Shown: one piece after another, positions 55,201 through 64,000 of the stretch
Numbering within the stretch: position 1 is the stretch's first letter
How the letters are laid out: the number at the start of each line of letters is the position of its first letter
DNA from: Daphnia carinata
Taxonomy: Eukaryota
Reading direction: 5' to 3'
Assembly: GCF_022539665.2 (NCBI RefSeq)
Contig: NC_081332.1
Coordinates: 2,294,001-2,358,000 of the forward strand
Length of the DNA stretch: 64,000 bases
Notes under the pieces: generated by a model
Seen by the model: only the letters and a program-made list of their open reading frames with translations
Told to the model about the DNA's origin: nothing
Databases searched by the model: none
Made by a program: the position numbers and the translations under genes

Positions 55201-58200
55201 ACAAAAAAAAAGGAGGGGAGATGCATTTGTTTAGATCTCTTTTTTTCGAACAAGTTCTTCTTTTGTTTTCTACGGTTGTCCAATCGATACGAATGGCTCT
55301 TGTCTAACATACGTAAAAAATGTGACTTTGCCAGTCGATTTAGCCCGGCCTACAAACGGGCCGTTTGATAACGAGAAAGAAATAAGAACGAAACGTGGGA
55401 GGGCCTAAGTCTTTTCTTTTCCCCGTCGGACCCTCTTTCTCTCGGCCAGAAAGAGAAAAAAAAGGAATAATAAAAAAAAGACATTTGTTTTCTCTTGCGG
55501 ATCACTGCACGCCCTGCCGCCGATTGTGTTCCATTGTTCGCTCCCCTCACATGCACTTTTTTTTTTATTTATTTATTTATCCAAAAAAAAAGAAGGGAGT
55601 CTGGCAGAGCTGCAACGAGATTAGACGATAGCTACTTTTCTTTTGCTACTGGGTTAGACACCAATCATTCTTCCCCCTCCCCGTTTTGCCTCTGTGTGTT
55701 TACGTTATACCAGTCCAACTTCATTTGCCTTTTTTTTTATCTTTCCTTTTACTTTAACGAAGGCGGGATAACAAAGTGGTTGGTAAAGAAAATTGCTGCA
55801 AGGAATTTGTTTTTTTTCATGTCTATAGGCGATAGGTGTGTAATCAGCCTGAAGGTAGAAACAGAGGCCGGAAGGGGGTAGGTAAAGGTAGAGTGGAGGG
55901 GAGAGGGAAGGCACCCGTTAATCACTATTTGTTGTTATTGTGTGTGTTGGTTGTTCGTGCCCACCTGTCAAATCGTGAAATTGTACGGACAGCTACTAGC
56001 GGAAAAATGAGACAAGGTCCTTATATTTTGTAAAGGATTCACCGCTCGCAATTTTCCCTCACGCCTTAAGCTATATTCGTATGCCGTCCTTTATTAGACG
56101 TATTTGTTTGTTAACTTGTCGAGAAACAAAGTCGTGTGTGGCGGCAGATGGCGTCTGTCGTGTTTGTACAAGAGAAAGGGAGGCACAAGTTTTCTTGTCT
56201 GTGTGTGTATGTGTGTGTGTTCTTAATTGTTGCGGTTTTTGTTTTTCATTTTTTTTTTTCGTCTTGGGCACTCACGCACATGAAAGCAGACTCATTTCTT
56301 TATGGGTGCCGTTCATTAGAGACGCTTAATTGATGCCGTTGAGCTGCTGCCCCCCCTACTCGCGAGCCTTGTTTGACTTTCATTTGCCCGATTCATTGAG
56401 TAATCAGCTATCTCACATGAATGATTTAGAATGGCTCTACATCCGTTTCAATTTCGAATTATTTGCCACTTTTATTCTCGTTTGAAACAAACACAAAATG
56501 GACGCCACTGTACGTTTGAATCGATCGCTTTCAATGTCCCTTTTTTTCTCTTGTTTTACGACGCTCGATGTTGTTTTTTTTACGATCCTTTCGAGAAAAA
56601 GAGGTTAAAATCATTTGTTTTTGTCCCTCTTGTTTTTGTTTTTTATTTTGTTCGTGGCAAGTGTGCATTTCCCGTCTTGGTTATTTCTATATTGAGGGTT
56701 GGAAGGGGGGGGGGCCCTTCCAACCCTCAATCGTAGCAGGAATTGCTCAAGTGATGGCGACGTGATGACATCCTTTTTAAGACGGCCAGACAGCGTCGTC
56801 ACGTTCTCTCCATTTTCAACTTTCAATTGAACTTCTTTAAAGAAGCCCGATCGTGAGTCATTAGACGATGTATTTGACGGCGTCGGATGTTCGTTTGAAA
56901 CATCACCAGATGGCCTTTGGTCGATCGTTGACGTCATTGTGAATCAATGCAGGTTTCAATTTTTGGAAAGAGAACAAAACAATATCAATCATGTTTGTGT
57001 GTGTTATACCTGCAATCCTTTTTTGTTTAGGGAGATTTAATTGAAATGTGAATGAGACACGTATGGAAAGTCATATGAGCTATGTAGGTTTTACCTTTTT
57101 TTTTTTTTGTTGTTGATTTAAATATGAATGAAAATCATGGTGCGCGTGTCCCGCTTGACGTGTGTCAGAGGTCTCGTCCTGGAACTGTTTTCGTTTCCTC
57201 GACGGCTGGCCACGCGAGAACGTCAAGGCACTTGACAGTATGACGCATGGCATCGGCTTTCTCCTCCCCCAAAAAAAGAAGAGGGGAAGGTAAAAAAGAA
57301 TAGGCGATTAGTTCATCACCTCGTTAATAAAGGACAAACCGGTCAGAGACGATCGTTGAAGAGAGAGGGTGGGGGGGAGATCGGGGCGATGGGAAAAAAT
57401 CCAGCCGTTTTTAACGTAAAGTAAGCGCATTTCACCTGCTGGACGCTTGGCCAGCTGGACCCCTGAACCGGCCAATAAAAAATGCATCACCTTTCCGTGA
57501 TATGTATACACACACATTCCCTCTTTTTTTTTTTCTTCTTTATTCCTTCTTTTCCTTCCCCTCTATTTTTTTTTGTACGTCGTTGTTGTATAGACTGACC
57601 CTTCCTGAATAGTCCAATCCGCCATCTTTGTTCAGCGTCAATCTTTTATCGACGTCCGCCACGCATCCGCACCGGGGGCTTCTGGAATAAAGAAACAAAG
57701 AGGCAGTGCAAAAATTGCAATGAAAATGAGGTTGTGATGTTAAGAAGGAAGAAGCAAAAAAAAAAGAAAGGCGATGCAGGTATCTAAAGGATGCGCTGTT
57801 GATGTTGAAAACGTATTGGCACGTGCTGCGTCTCGTGTTGATTGCCCAGTTGTTTACACGTAAAGGGTTTCCCTTTTTTTGTTATTTTCACGAGATCTCC
57901 AGCCTCTCTTTTTTTTATATTTCATTCTCTTACAAGATGTTGCTGCTGGATCCTCTCTTGTTTCCAGCCTAAACATTGTAAACAAGCAATCAACAACTGG
58001 CCACATGCTCCATGTGGTCTTTCTTTCTTTCCTTTTTTTTTTTTACCTTGGCTCACTGTGTGGCTTCGTCTGCTTCGTGCAAAGGCTTAAACACAAACCT
58101 CTCCCCCCTCTGATAGTTTACAGTTGGAAGAAGAATTCCGGGCCTTCGTTACTAGCCAAATAGTTTGAAATCTTTTCTATTTATTTATCTCTCTTGTGTG

Positions 58201-61200
58201 TGTTTTCGTAAGTGAGTTGTGCGTGTACCGGGAATTTTATTTTAGGAAGAAATTTGGGACTAAACAGTCTGCCTATAATTCGATGTGCTGCGCTCTGCAT
58301 TCGATGGCAATTCCGACAGTTGTAAATGAATTTTGTTTTTAGAAGAAGACCCATCGTTTAAATCACCAGTTGCATCGTTACACCCAAATACGTAAATTTT
58401 TTTTATTATTATTTTTTGCTTCTTTAACGGAGAAACTGGTGGACACGGAAAACGGCCATTCTGGACTGTTAATGGCCCTTTTTTTTTTGTGGAGTGTCCT
58501 TCAATAAAGAAAAAGGAATATGGTGCACATAAAAATGTGGGGGGGGGGGGCGAAGGGGAAACGGTCAATCAATAGGGAACTCGTCAATAGAATCTTATTT
58601 TTGTGTTTGGTCCAGCTAGAAAAAAAAAAGAAGACAGAAACGGCCCAATTTCAGTTCCAATTTAGATTCATGGACTACTCTTCATTAATGAGCCGTTCTA
58701 TTTTCGATGTCTTGTTCTCTATCTCTGAAATATAATTTTTTTGTTTGTCCTATTTTATCCAGGAGGAGTTTTGGTGTTGAAGGGACGGGATACCATCATG
58801 ACGACGGGCGGCAATCCACGTTCGTCGCCCCTATCCTCTCATCAGTCGTTGACATCTACGTTGAAGGAGCATCGCGACCTAGTGGCCGACTACCACCAGC
58901 AATTGCAACAACTTCAACAACAGCAATTACAACAAGACGAGTCGCGACATGTGGTTCGACGTGGTGGCGAAACAAAAGGACGTCGCAGTCCGCACAGCTC
59001 TGACGGATCTGCCAGCCCGCCCGATTCGCCCCTGCACGATGCCGACCACACATCCGATTTGGACGAGTTTATGGAATCGGACAACGAAGACGCCGGAGTC
59101 GCTCTTGATTTGGTATATAGATCTTTTTATGATTTCTTTTGTTTCTTATTGATTTGTTTTCTTTCCCCCACCGCCACCCGTATTTCTTTTTTGTATTTAC
59201 ATTCGCGAGAGATGGAGGGGGGCGATGAGCTTTGACTGGTTTGTGTGTATGTGTAGAGGAAATCGGCACGAGCTATGTTGGGAAAAAAAAGGGATAAACC
59301 CCCGAGTACGTTTGTGTTTGTTGTTGGTTTCGAAGCGCCGTGTTTACTCTCTGGTGGATTGTAGCCAGCCCCGACATTTTTCGGGGCTTTGGTAACGCTA
59401 GTGGTCAACATCAGTAACGAGCTATGGCTACGTGCGTGTGCGTTCGAAAGAAAGAAAACTCAATTGGGAGTGTGTGTCTGTGTGTGTTGAACCTCCCCGT
59501 TCACCTCCTACGCATACTTAACAGAAAGGAGGGTGGCTCACGATAAATTCGTCTCCCTCTGCTGGCCCTCCCTTGGAGCAATCTTGTTGAAACGCGCGTT
59601 TCTTTTATTTGCTCGTCTCCGCCATCTAGCGGTCGCTACCGAACTTCTATTATTTTCTATTTTTTTTTTTTTATGTGTCCCATACAACGATGGGGAATAT
59701 CCACACAACTTAATATTGAAGAGAAATAAATTAAATAACACACAAATTGTGTTGTGTTTAGGCAAGGAATTCTCGGCGAGATCATTGCGGAGATATCAGT
59801 CAGCATGACAGCGATAGTTTTTCCGGCGAAGGCCAGCCGATCAACGGCCAGTTTTCGGCCACTTTGGGAGGGTCCCCCGCCGCCGCAGCTGCTGCAAATT
59901 TACAAGCTTCGATAGCCGCGTTGCAAGCTGGACAACTGTCCCTGGGACAGGTAAGTTTCCCCCATAAAAAAAAAAAAAAAAATTAATTAATTAAATCCCG
60001 TGTCTATTTTAACCTGAATACCCTTCGATTACAAATCTCGTTTTAGATGTTGGCAATGAGCGCCACGCAAAACCCTTCGGTGTTGTTGCAAAACCCGATG
60101 GCTGCAGCCACAGCGGCCGGCTTACCCGGCCTGTCTGGCCTATCCTTTTCGGCGCAGGAAGTTCAAGCTATGCAGCAAAGTTTTCAACAGCAGGCCATTC
60201 AGCAACTAGCGCTACTGCAACAAGGAGCTGCTTCGCAATTTAGTCCACAAGCACAATTTTACCTACAGAGCCACGTGAGTTTGACGCTACCTCTTTCAAT
60301 ACTTCAACAACGAATCAAATTCTTAACATTTAACGTTAAAAAACAAGGTGCAACAAGCACTGGTTCAAGCAGCTCAGCAGTACCAACAGCTGCAGAAGCA
60401 ACAACAGTCAGTTATTTCATCTCACCGAAATAGTTTCAGCGACGCTCAACACCAACTTCATCTTCAGCAACAACACGTTCAGCACCACGAGCAGCAACAG
60501 CACAAACTGCAACAGAAGCAATTGCAACAACAACAGGAGAAACAACAGCAAATCGAACAACAGCCGTCTCGAGAACACTCGCCTCGGCATCACCATCCGT
60601 CGAACCCGCCGCCGGCCGAAGTGGCGGCGCCCGTCATGACGAAAGCGGCGGCGACGCACAGCTCGCGGACGTCGTCCAACTCGTCGTCGGCCTCTGGTCA
60701 GTTGACGATCGAACTCGGCACGGCCGGCAACGCTGGCACGGCCACCAACTCTGCCGCCACGCCGCTCTACGACTTGCCTCCGGAAGAGACTACGGATCTA
60801 GAAGAACTGGAACAATTTGCTAAAACGTTTAAACAGCGAAGAATTAAACTCGGTAATAAATGATAATTATTCTTTAAACGATTGATTACCGATTTGAGTT
60901 AATTAAAATTATTTGTTTCTATTTCTCGTGATTTGAACCCAAGGTTTTACCCAGGGGGACGTTGGTCTAGCCATGGGTAAACTGTACGGCAATGACTTTA
61001 GCCAAACGACCATATCACGTTTCGAAGCGCTCAACCTATCGTTCAAGAACATGTGCAAACTAAAACCACTGTTGCAAAAGTGGCTAGAAGATGCCGACAG
61101 CGCTCTCGGTGGTGGTGGCAACGGCACGGGAGGCAACGGCTGCCTGGGCGGGACGACGGGACTGGGCAGCATTGCGTCCGGCGGCGTCGGTGGTGTTCCC

Positions 61201-61955
61201 CTCTCTTCGCCGCTAGGTGGCGGTGGGGGAAACAGCGTTAGTGATGGATTAGGACGACGGAGGAAGAAGCGGACGTCGATTGAAACGAGCGTTCGTGTCG
61301 CATTGGAAAAGGCGTTTCTAGCTAACCCCAAGCCCACTTCGGAAGAAATTGCTATGTTGGCAGACGGCCTATCTATGGAAAAGGAAGTAGTCCGCGTCTG
61401 GTTTTGCAACAGGTAAAACAAAAAAAAAACAAAAAAAAAAGAACCAAAAGAACGTCAATTCAATTTGCCTCTTGTTACAGACGCCAAAAGGAAAAGCGAA
61501 TTAATCCGCCGAGCAGCGGGATGGCAAGTCCGAGTCCATCTGGGGCTGGCGGGATTGGCGGATCGAGTGGCGGACGCGATGGCAACAATAGCAGCGGAGG
61601 CGGCGGTAACGTGACTCCCACCATTCCCGTGACTCCGCCTAACACGGCGGCCATGCTGGCCTCGATTGCGTCCATCACGCCACCTTCGTCGCTGACGGGC
61701 GTCGGCTCTTCGCCGCTCTCGCCCGACCCGCCGACTCCACCCAACGTACCTCTGTCTTTAGTGACGACTGCTCACTCTTACCCACGCGGCGGATCGCCTC
61801 CTTCGACCATGTCCTCTCACCATCTCGCCATGAATATGGCGATGGGCATGCGCTCTTCACCCAGTTCTTCGTCGTCACCACTGCCCCTCTCTTTGACGTA
61901 CAATCCGAGACTCGGCATGGGCTCTACCGGTCCGGCTACTATTCCCACCGAATGA
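49231..61955 (+). CDS. nub: Class II POU-homeodomain transcription factor (nubbin/pdm, Oct-1/2 family). Exons 49231-49756, 58763-59112, 59762-59950, 60047-60274, 60348-60852, 60944-61412, 61481-61955
   Basis: POU-specific domain ([75 protein letters not shown]) and POU homeodomain ([21 protein letters not shown]...[15 protein letters not shown]). Q/A-rich N-terminal exons join in phase. The link of the first exon across the 9-kb intron is phase-compatible but less certain. Confidence 0.93.
51519..51540. repeat. (GA)n microsatellite in the large first intron of the POU gene
   Basis: Read directly from the sequence; a (CA)n tract follows at ~51626-51644. Confidence 0.85.
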
Positions 61956-64000
61956 ACTCTTCAATGAGCTAGGGGAGTAAGAGGTGGGCGAATAGATTAC
62001 GGATTGGCATCCATTTTTTTTTCTTTTGAGCCCGGGCCCTGTTCAAGTCCTACGTAATAGTTCCTTCTTTTTTTTTTTTTTTTTTTGGTGTGTTTATTTA
62101 TGAATTTATTTCATTTGTTTTTTTGTTTTTTTTTTTTAAGTCCTATTTCTTTCCCCCCCCCCCCCCCCTTCCAGAGACGTAAATGTCAGCTGTTTTTGAC
62201 GGTCGTGTGATAACGACGATGATGACGTGACAACTATCATATAAGACAAATGTGATCTTTTCGTTTTGAGAGGGGAGTTAGGAAAAGATGACGAGAAAAA
62301 GAAACAAGAAAAACATAAAACAAAAGGTGTGTGTGTGTGTGTGTAGATAGTCAAGTCAAAAAGTATTTTAATTGTTTCCTCCCGATGGTGGTCGGAGGAG
62401 CACACAACTATAGTTCCTCACAAAAAATGCACCTTTTTGCTGTGACGATGTCTGTTGCCAAAACAAAAACAAAAACTATTTTTTTTTGGTTGGCGGCTCA
62501 TTTCAGTGAAACAACGTGCGATCAGGTCATCATTTGTTTAAATTTTTTGAGTTAGGTCATTGTCTTTACAGTGAGGTTCCTAAAAAAGAAATGCTTTAGC
62601 GGTTGTTATGTTCAGTATGTGCGTGTGTAATGTGGTCCATTTGGTGCGATAGGGTTTTTATTTAAAGAGGGGGAGGGGGGGGGGGCTGTAACCACGTACC
62701 TTTTTGAAAAAAAGAACCATCGCCACACCCTCAAGCTCTATGAGACGTCATTCTTGTATTCGTCATCTACACTTTGTTAATTTTTTTTCCTTCCACCTCC
62801 CCGATGTATGGCAACTCGGAACGACCTGATCAATTTCAAATGGGGAATTGAATGTCTTCGTTTATCTTTCGATAGAGTCGGATCCCTCCCTCGCGATGAA
62901 TGTGAACGATGAATCTGATGCTTTCAAAGCGCCAACGTAAACCAGCACCTATATAACAAGATGTCGATGCAAATGTGTGTGTGTTTTTTGGTTTTTTGAC
63001 AACTTAATCCCCGTGATTGATTCTGTCCCTCGATTTTCAACGTGTTTTTGTTTGTTTCTATCTCACGCGTTCTGGTCTACATGTCGATTGTTACACACCT
63101 CCCCCTGATAAGAAAAGACAAAACGCAAACGAGTTATGACGAGCCAGTCGACCGTTTTTTTTTTCTCTTCGTGTTGTGTTTCATTTGTGCCCATTTTTTT
63201 TTTTTTTTTTTTGGTTTTAAGTAATTGGGTTGAAAAAAAATGATGCGTTGACTGGCCTTAAAGAAACTCGAAATGTTCCTAATTATGTTCCTCGGGTACG
63301 GGTGTTTTCTGCGTACATTGCGAAACACGACCCATCCTTTTGCGTGTGTGTGTGTATGTGTGCGACACACTGTAATTTGTTTCTTTCAGTCAATCCCTGC
63401 CGACCGAATGAAAGATCGTTTTTTTTTTTAAAGATAGAAGTCTATGGGGAAAAAAGACACGTGGCATTCGTACACCAGTTTTGCCGGTTCGATCCCGTCG
63501 CACGGCTTGTAAATCACATTTGTATCCTTGTCCATTTTCATAGTTGTCATTTTTCTTTTCTTCTCCATCCTGCGTCTAGTGTCTGTTGACTGTTAATTTT
63601 ATAATTGTAGTTGTGTGTGTGTGTGTGTGAAAGTATCGTGAAAGCGAATGTCGTGTCTTCTTTGAAAACAAAGGAGAAACAAAACCAGAAAGAAAGGAAA
63701 CTGTGTTTTTTAAAACAAGAATAGTTGATTTAGTTCCGGTTTGGAACGTTATCTGTGTAAAAAAAACAAAACAAAAAACAAAAAAAACAAAACAAAAACC
63801 GTCTTGTTTCCAAAATGTTCGATCCTCTTCTATTTCTCTATACATAAAAATTTGTACATTTGTATCCTTTTTGAAGATGTTTCGTTCGCAGATGGCTGGT
63901 CTATGGGGGACTGGTTCCCGTACATCAGGTTTTTTTTTTTAATGAGTGGATTTGTTTTGATGGTGTAGCATCGCAAGGGCACGAAAGATATCGTTTTCTT

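Noticed and set aside
49887..58735. ORFs in the first intron of the POU gene
   Set aside because: Same low-complexity artefacts; no recognisable protein.
62206..62256. K-box-like TGTGAT miRNA sites in the POU 3'UTR
   Set aside because: Six- to seven-base matches are expected by chance; no support without conservation data.

Overview
Eukaryotic, AT-rich genomic DNA with many 60-75 nt GT-AG introns and arthropod-like proteins; a branchiopod crustacean such as Daphnia is my inference, not something the sequence proves. Bases 1-20 kb are a dense gene cluster: the 3' end of listerin/LTN1 (+), a secreted/type-I membrane LRR protein (+), RWDD4 (-), an SRRM2/CWC21-family (Srrm234) splicing factor (+), SMIM14 (+), a short DNAAF1/LRRC50-like gene (-) and SCYL1 (+). 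From ~20.5 to 49 kb there is a homopolymer- and microsatellite-rich stretch with no credible coding sequence, followed by a class II POU homeobox gene (nubbin/pdm-like, 49231-61955, +). The main observations are: (1) a ~340 bp, ~94% identical inverted duplication bracketing the LRR gene and starting exactly at the LTN1 stop codon; (2) an eMIC-like (microexon-enhancer) motif of Srrm234 that is split by an intron with an in-frame stop and a poly(A) signal; (3) candidate 12-nt and 9-nt in-frame microexons inside that intron; (4) repeated octamer sites around the POU gene. Exon boundaries were read by eye and need RNA-seq confirmation.
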